Below are positions 49,262 through 57,975 of a stretch of DNA of 64,000 bases, piece after piece; within the stretch, counting starts at the first letter, position 1; each line of letters starts with the position of its first letter. The notes beneath the pieces are model-generated. The model did not search any database, was not told the origin of the DNA, and was given only the letters and a program-made list of their open reading frames with translations. The DNA is from Candidatus Aminicenantes bacterium (GTDB taxonomy: Bacteria; Acidobacteriota; Aminicenantia; Aminicenantales; Aminicenantaceae), in contig DRHQ01000056.1 of the NCBI GenBank assembly GCA_011049545.1, forward strand, positions 2,693 through 66,692, in the 5' to 3' direction. Position numbers and translations under genes: made by a program.

Positions 49262-50692
49262 ATGGCCAAGGCAAAGACAGTTTTCTTAAACCAACAAGAG
49301 ATGGATCTGATTCATGCTCAAAGTATAAAAAGCCTGCAGGAAATTGGCATAAAAGTTCACAGCAAGCCCGTTCTTGAAATACTTGAGAAGAACGGAGCGA
49401 GTGTGGATTACAAGGCGATGGTTGCTAAAATTCCTGAAAAGATGGTTAACCAGGCTCTTGAAAGCGTTCAAAAGGAATTTACACTATGCGCCCGCGATCC
49501 AAAGCGTGATCTGAAGGTTCCTACAAAAACATATCCGTGGATGACTACCAGCGGACTTGCAGTTTTTGTTAATGATTATAACACTGGAGAGTATCGTGAT
49601 TCCACCAGAAAGGATATTGCTGCGTTTACAAGACTTGGAGATGCCGTTGATTCAGCTGATTTTCTCTGGACGGCATTAACCGCAAGAGATGTAACACCTC
49701 TTGCCCATGGCCCCCATGAATTATGGGTGACCATGCAAAATACGACCAAGCATGTTCAGGGTGTTACAGTGCAAAGTGCTGAAGATGCAAAAGTGCAGAT
49801 TGAGCTGGCAGCTCTTATAGCAGGAGGAAAAGAAGAATTAAAAAAACGTCCTCTCTTTTCTGTAATTGCATGCCCGATCGCACCATTGACCTATGAGCAA
49901 GGCTCCATTGAGGCGCAGGTCGAACTGGCAAAAGCCGGAATACCGGTTGCTTCCATGTCCATGTCAAATGGTGGTGTATCTTCTCCTCTTCCAGTGGCGG
50001 GAATATTGGTAAATGCTAACACGGAAAATCTGGGAGGTATTGTAATCTCACAAATGGCAGCACCTGGTGCACCCCACATTTATTGTTCCGAGTCAGCGCC
50101 AATGGATATGACAACAGGCAGCATGAACTATAATTCAGTTGATAAGAGTTTTCTAAGCATCGGGCTGGCACAAATGGCAAAAAGATACAGTCTGCCATCT
50201 CTTGTTGCTGATGCCGGATGGGGTGACCAGACAGAAGCCTGCGTTTCCGGAGTGTTGACGCCTGTTACTCAACTTACAGGAATAATGGGAGGATCAGACC
50301 TTGTTACCGGTTTGGGGAGTATTGATTCTGCTAAAGGAATCTCTTTTGAACAGTTTATTGTTGATTCATATATGTGGGATTGCTGCAAGAACTATCTGCA
50401 TGAAGTGGAAATATCGGAAGAGAAGATAGGTTTGGATGCTGTTAAAGAAGTTGGGCATGGCCATGATTTCCTGACGCATCCTCACACTCTGAAATATCTT
50501 AGAGGCGAGCTCACATTCTGGGATAGAGAAAAACTTGACCTGCTGGAGATGGACGATAAAGAAGTGCCTGCAGAAGCTAACAGAATAGTGAAGAGCATAT
50601 TGGATAAGCATCAGGTTGAGCCGCTTGCAAATGACCTCATTGAAAAGGGCGATTCAATTATTGCGAAGTATGAAGATATAGTGGGTAATTAA
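49262..50692 (+). CDS. MttB superfamily methyltransferase, pyrrolysine-free (second copy)
   Basis: IHAQSIKSLQEIGI, TTKHV, CPIAPL, AQMAKRYSLP, SFEQFIVD, VGHGHDFL; no in-frame stop. Confidence 0.9.
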   Translation: MAKAKTVFLNQQEMDLIHAQSIKSLQEIGIKVHSKPVLEILEKNGASVDYKAMVAKIPEKMVNQALESVQKEFTLCARDPKRDLKVPTKTYPWMTTSGLAVFVNDYNTGEYRDSTRKDIAAFTRLGDAVDSADFLWTALTARDVTPLAHGPHELWVTMQNTTKHVQGVTVQSAEDAKVQIELAALIAGGKEELKKRPLFSVIACPIAPLTYEQGSIEAQVELAKAGIPVASMSMSNGGVSSPLPVAGILVNANTENLGGIVISQMAAPGAPHIYCSESAPMDMTTGSMNYNSVDKSFLSIGLAQMAKRYSLPSLVADAGWGDQTEACVSGVLTPVTQLTGIMGGSDLVTGLGSIDSAKGISFEQFIVDSYMWDCCKNYLHEVEISEEKIGLDAVKEVGHGHDFLTHPHTLKYLRGELTFWDREKLDLLEMDDKEVPAEANRIVKSILDKHQVEPLANDLIEKGDSIIAKYEDIVGN

Positions 50693-50886
50693 GATATTTG
50701 AACTGAAGTGTAATAGCTACTCAAACCAGCGGCCTGGTGTGACCTGACCCCTACTATTCGTTCTACAAAATCTGACGGCAATATAAATTCTCAGGCAGGA
50801 TTATTGCTATGTAATATGAACATTGATAGGATATTGCATCGTTATCTAATCGGGAACCCTCGGCCTTTTCCATTGGAGTGTCAATA

Positions 50887-51378
50887 ATGAAAATCGAAAC
50901 GCAAATTACCAAATTTGACCAAAGCATCGAAGATTTTGTACATTGTGTGGCTTCTCTAAATGAAGAGTTATTCCTCAAGAGACTTAATCATTGGTCTCCA
51001 AGAGACGTCGTGGCTCATTTGATTGGCTGGAACCGCTACATCATAGAAGGGAGCAATCAAATAAGGAGAGGAGAACTTCCTTTTTATGACATTGATCCCG
51101 GAGAGGATTATAGCAAGGTGAATGCTGTGCTTGTCCTGGAATACTCATCCACGGACAGACAAGAAATGCTTGATGAACTCCAGGTCACAGCTCAAGAGTT
51201 GATGCGATTCATACGATCACTTGATTCCAGTGAATGGAGTCGGGATTATGGTGTGAGGCACAAAGGAGCTATCATAACTATTCAAAATACTGTCGATGAA
51301 TTTATTGAGGATTACGACATACATAAAGAGCGGATCAAGGAATGGGTAAGAAGAGAAAGCAGTCGAAGACAGGACTAA
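50887..51378 (+). CDS. DinB/ClbS-like four-helix bundle protein
   Basis: WSPRDVVAHLIGWN and C-terminal DYxxH. Confidence 0.7.
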   Translation: MKIETQITKFDQSIEDFVHCVASLNEELFLKRLNHWSPRDVVAHLIGWNRYIIEGSNQIRRGELPFYDIDPGEDYSKVNAVLVLEYSSTDRQEMLDELQVTAQELMRFIRSLDSSEWSRDYGVRHKGAIITIQNTVDEFIEDYDIHKERIKEWVRRESSRRQD

Positions 51379-51447
51379 TAAGTCCTCACAGTTCAATTAG
51401 TCGTTAATCTTCTGTCTTATAAGCAGTTCTTTCAGACATCAGATGAC

Positions 51448-51480
51448 CTGGGCCCAATTTGGGCGCAGTTTTGGGTACAC
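51448..51480. repeat. Three imperfect TTTGGGC-type repeats, putative arm-type sites
   Basis: CTGGGCCCAA / TTTGGGCGCAG / TTTGGGTACAC about 50 bp from the tRNA 3' end. Confidence 0.55.
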
Positions 51481-51528
51481 CTTACATTTTAGAAGGGCGA
51501 AAAATTGTGGAAGTTATTGAAAACAATA

Positions 51529-51603
51529 TGGTGGGCGATGCAGGATTTGAACCTGCGACTTCTTCCGTGTGAAGGAAGCGCTCTACCCCTGAGCTAATCG
51601 CCC
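51529..51603 (-). tRNA. tRNA-Val(CAC)
   Basis: GGGCGATTAGCTCAGGGGTAGAGCGCTTCCTTCACACGGAAGAAGTCGCAGGTTCAAATCCTGCATCGCCCACCA: full cloverleaf, anticodon CAC, encoded CCA. Confidence 0.97.
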
Positions 51604-51610
51604 GCATCTA

Positions 51611-51639
51611 TTTTTATTCAATTTACTCTTTGTTGTCAA
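51611..51639 (-). promoter_or_regulatory. Promoter for tRNA-Val
   Basis: Minus strand TTGACA-17 nt-TAAAAA just upstream of the tRNA. Confidence 0.55.
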
Positions 51640-51687
51640 TTTTTCCTTTTTCTTAGCCTGAAACAAGTAAATTCCGAATAACTTGGA

Positions 51688-51716
51688 TTGACAAGATTTC
51701 ATTTTAATTTTATAAA
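51688..51716 (+). promoter_or_regulatory. sigma70-like promoter, divergent from the tRNA
   Basis: TTGACA-17 nt-TATAAA. Confidence 0.65.
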
Positions 51717-51723
51717 TATGGTA

Positions 51724-53268
51724 ATGGCAATAAGAAGGTGTCCATACTGTAAAGCCATAATAGATGGGGTTGCCGAATACTGTTCAAACTGCGGCACCCA
51801 ACTTCTTTTTCCCGAAGATGAATTTAAAGAAGAAGAAATCCCTGGAGATAAAATCGTAGAGGAAGAAGAGAAAGAAGAAGGGACTTTAGAAGCGGAAGAA
51901 ACGGAAGAAGCGCAAGAAGCGGAATCAGAAAAAAAAGAGCCTTCTCCTGAAAGTGCAGAGGAAGAGGAAGGAAAAGAAGAAGAGATTTTAGAGGCGAAAG
52001 AGGAGGCATTAGAAAAAGAAGAGCCTTCTCCTGAAAGTGCAGAGGAAGAAGAAGGGGAAAAAGAAGATGAAGAGAGAGAGGAAGAGGAAAAAACTGTCAC
52101 TCCTCCTCAAGTTGAAGATAATGATATCAAGGAAGCAAATGCGCTGAAAATGAAGGAGGCGAGAGAAATAGTGAAAAAAGAGACCGAGAAACTCTGGCAA
52201 TCTGTCGGGACGGGAGACGTGGGAAGACCTCCAAACGTGGATATAGAATTCCCTATGCCTCCTGAAGAAGAAAACGCCCCAGAAAGCGAAGAAGAACCTA
52301 AAGTTGAAGAAGAAAAGGAAGAGATAGATATAAGGAGCATAAGGATAAGGAGAACCCCTGATTCTGAAGAGAGGGAAAAAGAAGAGATTGATAGATTCAT
52401 GGAATCCGTCAAAGAAGAAAGAGGAAAGGAGACTCAACCTGCAGAAGAAGAAATCCCTCCGTCTGAAGAAAAAGAAAGGGAAGAGAGAGAGGAGATAGAT
52501 TTAAGGAGCATAAGGATAGGGAGAACTCCCGATACTGAAAAGATGGAAAAAGTGGAGATTGAGAAATTTGTTGAATCCATCAAGAAAGAAAGGGAAAGAG
52601 TTCGGGAATCTTTTACTCCAGAAGAAGAAATTCTTGCTCCTAAAGAAATGGGCGAGGAAACTTCAGAAATTAAGGAGAAAATTCCTCCGTGGGCAGAGAA
52701 GATAAAAAAAGAGCCGCCTCAGGAACTTGGAGATAAGGAAGAAGAGAGAAAGGTAGAAAAGCCTGTAGAGTCGGGAGAGGATTTTCAAGAGAAGGAGAAA
52801 AAAACTCCAGTAGATGAGCCTCTCACTGAAGAAGATAAGCCTCTTTCACCAACAGATGAGCCCCTCCCTGAAGAAGATAAACCTCTTTCCCCAACAGATG
52901 AGCTTCTTCCTCCAATAGATAAGCCTACTCTCTCAGAAAAAGAGATCGGTTTCCCTGAAGAAGTGGACCAGAAAACTCCCTTTGCCAGGGAAATTAGAGA
53001 AAAAAGAAAAAGAGCAGTGAAACGCCGTCGTTCCAAATATTATGCCTGGTTAAAAGCCAGGGTTTTTGACTTTTTTTTCATCGCCGCTTTCTGCGTCATC
53101 TGCCTCGGGCTTGCTTCTCGTTTGATGGAGGTCTCTATATTTAGATTGATTTCAGCCTCAGGACCTCCAGTTCTTGTTTTTTATTTTGTTCTTCTGTTGT
53201 TTTATTTTGGTTTTTTTATCCTTTTTCTGGGAGAGACTCCTGGCGATCGCCTCTTTCCTCGTGATTAG
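51724..53268 (+). CDS. Zinc-ribbon + long Glu-rich disordered linker + C-terminal RDD-like membrane domain protein
   Basis: CPYC..CSNCG; internal repeats; ARVFD..TM..TM..GETPG. Confidence 0.75.
   Translation: MAIRRCPYCKAIIDGVAEYCSNCGTQLLFPEDEFKEEEIPGDKIVEEEEKEEGTLEAEETEEAQEAESEKKEPSPESAEEEEGKEEEILEAKEEALEKEEPSPESAEEEEGEKEDEEREEEEKTVTPPQVEDNDIKEANALKMKEAREIVKKETEKLWQSVGTGDVGRPPNVDIEFPMPPEEENAPESEEEPKVEEEKEEIDIRSIRIRRTPDSEEREKEEIDRFMESVKEERGKETQPAEEEIPPSEEKEREEREEIDLRSIRIGRTPDTEKMEKVEIEKFVESIKKERERVRESFTPEEEILAPKEMGEETSEIKEKIPPWAEKIKKEPPQELGDKEEERKVEKPVESGEDFQEKEKKTPVDEPLTEEDKPLSPTDEPLPEEDKPLSPTDELLPPIDKPTLSEKEIGFPEEVDQKTPFAREIREKRKRAVKRRRSKYYAWLKARVFDFFFIAAFCVICLGLASRLMEVSIFRLISASGPPVLVFYFVLLLFYFGFFILFLGETPGDRLFPRD
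52813..52926 (+). repeat. 42-bp coding tandem repeat (DEPLxEEDKPLSPT)
   Basis: Two full and one partial unit; other internal repeats at 51937/52021 and 52321/52492. Confidence 0.8.
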
Positions 53269-54008
53269 TTAACCTTCACTTCATCGCCTAACTTGAAGCT
53301 TTTTCCAAAAAACTTTTCTTTTGCCATCTCATCTGAAGCGATATCTTTAGGATTGCCTTTGATCAGTATTTTACCCTCATCAATGATGTAGGCGCGGTCA
53401 GATATTTTGAAGGTATCCTGGACATTGTGGTCGGAGAGGATGATTCCTATTCCTTTGTTTTTCAGCTTCAGCATTATTTTTTGAAGCTCGGTTATGGTCA
53501 AAGGATCAATTCCCGTGAAAGGCTCATCAAGAAGGAGGAATTTCGGCTTTATAAGGAGGGAGCGGCAGATTTCCAATCTTCTTCTTTCGCCCCCGGATAG
53601 GCTGTGGGCAGGCTGCTTTTCTAGATCATGGAGCCCAAGCTCCTCCAGAAGCTCTCTGATAATTTTTTTTCGCTCTTCTTTTCGTATTGGTTGGAGCTCA
53701 AGAATTAGCCTAAGGTTATTCGCCACAGATGCCTTTAGGAAGACAGAATGTTCTTGAGGAAGATAAGTAATGCCCTCCGCAGCTCTGAGGTGGCTTGAAT
53801 ATTGTGAAATATTTTTCTCATCCAGAAAAATGTCACCACTGTCAGGCTTAATGAGTCCCACGATCATCTGAAAAGTTGTTGTCTTCCCGGCTCCATTTCT
53901 TCCTAGAAGGCTTATTATCTCACCTGAGCTTATTTCAATATTCACACCCTTGACTACAAGGCGGAAATTGAAGCTCTTTGTCAGGTTTTCTGATTTGAGC
54001 ACAGACAT
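53265..54008 (-). CDS. lptB: LPS export ABC transporter ATP-binding protein
   Basis: GRNGAGKTT, YLPQE.SVF, LSGGERRRLEI, LLDEPFTGIDP, SDHNV. Confidence 0.9.
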   Translation of the reverse strand: MSVLKSENLTKSFNFRLVVKGVNIEISSGEIISLLGRNGAGKTTTFQMIVGLIKPDSGDIFLDEKNISQYSSHLRAAEGITYLPQEHSVFLKASVANNLRLILELQPIRKEERKKIIRELLEELGLHDLEKQPAHSLSGGERRRLEICRSLLIKPKFLLLDEPFTGIDPLTITELQKIMLKLKNKGIGIILSDHNVQDTFKISDRAYIIDEGKILIKGNPKDIASDEMAKEKFFGKSFKLGDEVKVN

Positions 54009-54012
54009 TGTT

Positions 54013-54507
54013 TTACGGCTTTTCAAGACGGAGGAGGAATTTTTTGAGATCGAGTCCGCCAGTGAAGCCTCCTATGCTTCCGTCAGAGGAGAGAACTCTG
54101 TGGCAGGGAATAACAATAAGCAGGGGATTCTGGGATAGAGCTTGACCAATGCTCCTGTAGCCCCGGTGATTCAATTTTTCGGCAATAAATTTATAAGTTT
54201 GCGTTTTCCCATAGGGGATTTTTCTTGTTTCCAGCCAGACTTTCCTCTGATAAGGAGTTCCAGAAATAAAGTCAAGAGGAAGGGAGGTGAAGTCTTCTTT
54301 CTTCCCCTCGAAATATTGGCTAAAGAGTTTTTCTTCCCGGTGAAATTCCTTTCTCTGAAGCTCAAGAAGAATTGACTTTCTTTTAAAGAATTCAGTAATC
54401 TCTTCGAAACGGTTTCGGTTCTTCAGGGACGAAGCGAGGCTTAATCCCTTTTCACTCTTGGCAAGGAAGATTTTACCCAGGGGGAAATCAAGGATCGTGT
54501 AGAACAT
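54013..54507 (-). CDS. ogt: Methylated-DNA--protein-cysteine methyltransferase
   Basis: IPYG.T.TY, NPLLIVIPCHRV, GGFTGG. Confidence 0.92.
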   Translation of the reverse strand: MFYTILDFPLGKIFLAKSEKGLSLASSLKNRNRFEEITEFFKRKSILLELQRKEFHREEKLFSQYFEGKKEDFTSLPLDFISGTPYQRKVWLETRKIPYGKTQTYKFIAEKLNHRGYRSIGQALSQNPLLIVIPCHRVLSSDGSIGGFTGGLDLKKFLLRLEKP

Positions 54508-54515
54508 GCGGTTTT

Positions 54516-55265
54516 CTAGATACCTAAGGAGAGTCTTTCTGCAAGAGGAGAAGGCAAGCCCTCCTTCAGGATTTTTCTTTGAGCTTCTTCAATATCATAC
54601 TCCATGCGGTAGAAATTGACTTTTCTTGCTTTGGAATCATAGATGGCGCATGCTGAGAGTGGGCTTCTATCCCGTGGTTGTCCAAGCGCACCCGGATTAA
54701 TAAGGTATTTAATGCCTTTTTCAATTTTAACCTCGTTGGAGTTGCCTGTCATAAAAGTTCCATCCACAGCATCCGCATTAGGATCTTTTTTAGTGTATAC
54801 AAACGGGAAGTGGGTATGACCAAAGAAACAGATGGGAGTGGTTATATGTTCGAAAGCTTCTGCGGCGTCGAATTCTCCAAAAATATAATGATCTTCGTCA
54901 AAAGGCGCGCCATGGCAGATCATTATTTCCTTGTTGATAATCTGTGGCCCAGTTTTTAGACGGTTGAGAAAATCCAAGTTTTTCTTCATGATGTGATCCG
55001 CAGTCCAGTGAATGGCAGAGGCGGCAATGGGATTAAAGGTCTGGACAGAGTCGAGGCCGCAGACAGCCTTATCGTGGTTTCCTCGGATTATAGAGAGGGG
55101 TTTAAGAGCGCGAACTTTTTGAATGATTTCGTTAGGAGAGGCGCCGTAGCCAACCAGATCGCCGAGAAAAATGTAATGGTCAATTTTCTTTTTCTGGATA
55201 AGTTTATGAAGTGCAAGATAAGATTCTAAATTTCCGTGGATGTCAGTAAAGATCAAATAGCGCAT
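54516..55265 (-). CDS. Metallophosphoesterase
   Basis: DIHGN, LGDLVGYG, RGNHD, FGHTH, INPG..GQPRD. Confidence 0.9.
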   Translation of the reverse strand: MRYLIFTDIHGNLESYLALHKLIQKKKIDHYIFLGDLVGYGASPNEIIQKVRALKPLSIIRGNHDKAVCGLDSVQTFNPIAASAIHWTADHIMKKNLDFLNRLKTGPQIINKEIMICHGAPFDEDHYIFGEFDAAEAFEHITTPICFFGHTHFPFVYTKKDPNADAVDGTFMTGNSNEVKIEKGIKYLINPGALGQPRDRSPLSACAIYDSKARKVNFYRMEYDIEEAQRKILKEGLPSPLAERLSLGI

Positions 55266-56164
55266 TTTTCGATTCCTTTGGCTTTTTCTTGTAATGAATT
55301 ATACATTTTATGGGCCTTGTAAGAGCTTCTCACCAGAGGGCCTGATTCAACATCCCTGAACCCGAAATCTAAAGCGATTCTTTTCAAATGTTCGAACTCA
55401 GGAGGGGAATAGTATTTCCGGACAGGTGCGTGTGTTTTTGAAGGCTGGAGGTACTGGCCTATGGTTAAGAGATCGCAGAAGACTTCCCTCAGGTCAGAAA
55501 AGGATTGGATGATTTCTTCTTTTTTCTCTCCCAAGCCAACCATGAGCCCTGATTTGGTCACAGCAGCCATTCCTTTCGCCTTTTTCAGAACATCTAAGGA
55601 CCGATTGTAATTTTTTCTGGGGCGGTTTATTTGAGTGTAGAGGCGCTCTGTTGTCTCCAGATTATGATTTAAGATATCTGGCTGGGCTCGAGAGACTTGT
55701 TCCAGAGCATTCTCATCGCCCTTGAAATCTGGTATCAAGGCCTCTACTTTGACCCCGGGTGTTCTCTCTTTTATCGCCCTTATTGTTGCGGCAAAGAGAG
55801 AAGCTCCGCCGTCAGATAGATCATCCCTTGTCACCGAAGTTATGACTGCATAGCGGAGACCAAGCAAAGAGACAGCCTCTGCTACATGCTCAGGCTCGTC
55901 CGGGAAAGGGGGTGAGGGGAATCCTTTTTCCACCGCACAAAATGCACATCCCCGCGTGCAGGTTTCTCCAAGAATCAGGAAAGCAGCTGTCTTACGGGAC
56001 CAGCACTCAGCGACATTAGGACATTTTGCACTGCGGCAGATTGTGTTGAGCCTCCCTTTTTTAAGGGTGTTAGAGACGTAGAAAAAATTCTCGTGAGAGG
56101 GGAATTTAACCTTAAGCCAATTCGGCTTTTTTGTTGGTTGTATTTCCGGGAGGGACGACACCAT
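55253..56164 (-). CDS. lipA: Lipoyl synthase
   Basis: C-x4-C-x5-C (CRSAKCPNVAEC), CTRGCAFC radical-SAM motif, VRSSY. Confidence 0.95.
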   Translation of the reverse strand: MVSSLPEIQPTKKPNWLKVKFPSHENFFYVSNTLKKGRLNTICRSAKCPNVAECWSRKTAAFLILGETCTRGCAFCAVEKGFPSPPFPDEPEHVAEAVSLLGLRYAVITSVTRDDLSDGGASLFAATIRAIKERTPGVKVEALIPDFKGDENALEQVSRAQPDILNHNLETTERLYTQINRPRKNYNRSLDVLKKAKGMAAVTKSGLMVGLGEKKEEIIQSFSDLREVFCDLLTIGQYLQPSKTHAPVRKYYSPPEFEHLKRIALDFGFRDVESGPLVRSSYKAHKMYNSLQEKAKGIEKCAI

Positions 56165-56235
56165 TCCTGCTCTGGAGAAAAATAATTGTTTAACCTAAAT
56201 TGAAAATAGTTTCCTCTTAAAGTCGAGGCGAAATA

Positions 56236-56442
56236 TTAATACTCTAATTCTTTATCTCTCTTCATGCGTCTCCGCATCCTTTTGCGTGCCAGGGCATCCT
56301 TCATTCTTCTTTTCTCACCGGGCTTATAGTAGACAGAATGTTTTTTAATCTCTTTGATTATTGCTTGCTGTTGAACTTTTCTTTTGAATCTTCGAAGAGC
56401 ACTTTCTATTGATTCGCCTTCTTCAACAACTATGAACGCCAA
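56236..56442 (-). CDS. rpsU: 30S ribosomal protein S21
   Basis: ESIESALRRFKRKV...YYKPGEKRR; AAGGAGG RBS, TTG start. Confidence 0.95.
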   Translation of the reverse strand: MAFIVVEEGESIESALRRFKRKVQQQAIIKEIKKHSVYYKPGEKRRMKDALARKRMRRRMKRDKELEY

Positions 56443-56478
56443 GAATATTCACCTCCTTAGATGTGTTAATATCAACCT

Positions 56479-56507
56479 CTTATATCTGAATCTTCCTGTC
56501 ATGTCAA
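56479..56507 (-). promoter_or_regulatory. Promoter for the rpsU-lipA run
   Basis: Minus strand TTGACA-17 nt-TATAAG. Confidence 0.65.
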
Positions 56508-56524
56508 GGCAAAATCAGAAAAAC

Positions 56525-56636
56525 GCAGGGGCTTGGTTTATCTTGTAGGGGCTTGATTTATCAAGCCCACCTTTATGTTTTAATCAATTAGATCTATCCA
56601 TATATTATTCTTTAGGAGCTTAATTCATCAAATCCA
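56525..56636. repeat. GTAG-type REP-like palindrome cluster
   Basis: GTAG-GGGCTTGAT-TT-ATCAAGCCC at 56545-56568, degenerate copies at 56525 and 56612. Confidence 0.55.
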
Positions 56637-56766
56637 CATAGATGCCTTCACCGACTAAGCTTCGCTTATTTTTCTGCATTGACTCTCTATTTTGTCTGTG
56701 ATATTTCTGTTCTTCACTTCAGTTTAAAATAGAAGCAATGATTAATATCGGATCGAGGAGGGGATT

Positions 56767-57426
56767 ATGGATGATTCTCTGAAGTTTGCGAAGAGATGGG
56801 TTATAACCGGAATTGTCTGCGGTTTTTTGGCAGGCGTCTCTTATGCTGTTTCGATAGCTATTTCCCTGTCGCCGCGCATTGCCTATCCTGTATTCTGGGC
56901 CTTTGGTCCGCTTTTATGTGCGAGTGCTCCGGGTTTTTACTACTTTGTAAAGCATTATCGGAAGTCCATTCCCCTTCAAATCGGGATACTGTTTTTAATT
57001 ATTGCCGGTGCCTCTGTCACGATGATGGGCACGATGCAGGCCGCAGGTCGGGCTGTGTTTCGGGCTGTTCCCCTGGAAGGAGCCAGCGAGGTCACGAAGG
57101 AGGCTTGGGAGCTGGCTTATAAAGCAGCCAATGCCGTTCAAATGGGAGCTGATGTTGCCTGGGATATATTCATTTTCACCAGTGTCTTTCTTTTGGGAAT
57201 TGTCATGTTCAAACATCCGAAGCTGGGGTGGATATTTGGAACGCTCGGCTGCATCATAGGCCTTTTGGGCTTGGCTTTTAATATTTACACTTTTCCTAAT
57301 AATCCGGGAACGCAAGGGCTTGTTGATATGGGACCGTTTGTGGGCCTTTGGTTTACGACCGTTAACATAAAAGTATTAGTTTCTCTAAAGTGGATGGACA
57401 CAAAAGTAGAAATCAGCCCAAATTGA
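56767..57426 (+). CDS. Hypothetical polytopic membrane protein (DUF4386-like)
   Basis: About six TM helices; GAGGAGG RBS. Confidence 0.65.
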   Translation: MDDSLKFAKRWVITGIVCGFLAGVSYAVSIAISLSPRIAYPVFWAFGPLLCASAPGFYYFVKHYRKSIPLQIGILFLIIAGASVTMMGTMQAAGRAVFRAVPLEGASEVTKEAWELAYKAANAVQMGADVAWDIFIFTSVFLLGIVMFKHPKLGWIFGTLGCIIGLLGLAFNIYTFPNNPGTQGLVDMGPFVGLWFTTVNIKVLVSLKWMDTKVEISPN

Positions 57427-57450
57427 ACGAATAATATAGGATTAGGGCCC

Positions 57451-57771
57451 ATGTATCACAAACAGAATAAGATGTTTGTGGGTTACGTCAATAGTCTAAA
57501 CCCTGAGGCTTTCAAGAATTTGGTTTTGGCCGTCCAGAGAGGAGAAGCATTTTCTGAGTCCTTCCTTACATACTTCGAGATGAGCCCGGAGGAGATGTGG
57601 ACTCGGTTTAAAAACGAACTTTTACCGACCGTAAACAAAGGTTCGGGGACATTCCCTTACCGTTCCTCAAGGGCCTACAAGCAAAGAACTGGCAGCCGCA
57701 ATCCGAAAGATGTTTGCCTATCCCAAAGTCGCTGCTATCGGGATCGCATCACTCCCCTTTGGCCAGCGTGA
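57451..57771 (+). pseudogene. Possible C-terminal gene fragment
   Basis: First ~57 aa look like a helical protein C-terminus; weak start context and random-looking tail. Confidence 0.3.
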
Positions 57772-57975
57772 TAAAGAGGGAATTTCCCTTAAAGCTGCTT
57801 ACCGCCTGATCGAGGGTGCAGTAAAAGGAGTCAGGGGAAGATAACAGGCTTAATTTGTAAAAATAAGAATCCCTGCATAGATTTTTGATTTTTCTCTCCG
57901 ATGGATTTTTAGGCTTGAACCCTGATTTTTTTTCTATATGATAATGAAAATCTTCATGAAAAGGAGAAGGATATT

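Noticed and set aside
29183-50692. Pyrrolysine or selenocysteine recoding in the methyltransferases
   Set aside because: All three ORFs are full-length without internal TAG/TGA, and no pyl genes are in the window
51699-52437. Ser/Phe-rich minus-strand ORFs
   Set aside because: Antisense shadows of the GAA-rich coding strand; the same applies to most short overlapping ORFs in the track
57630-57840. Possible structured ncRNA or riboswitch
   Set aside because: No recognisable family motif or convincing long-range pairing by eye; needs an Rfam/Infernal search
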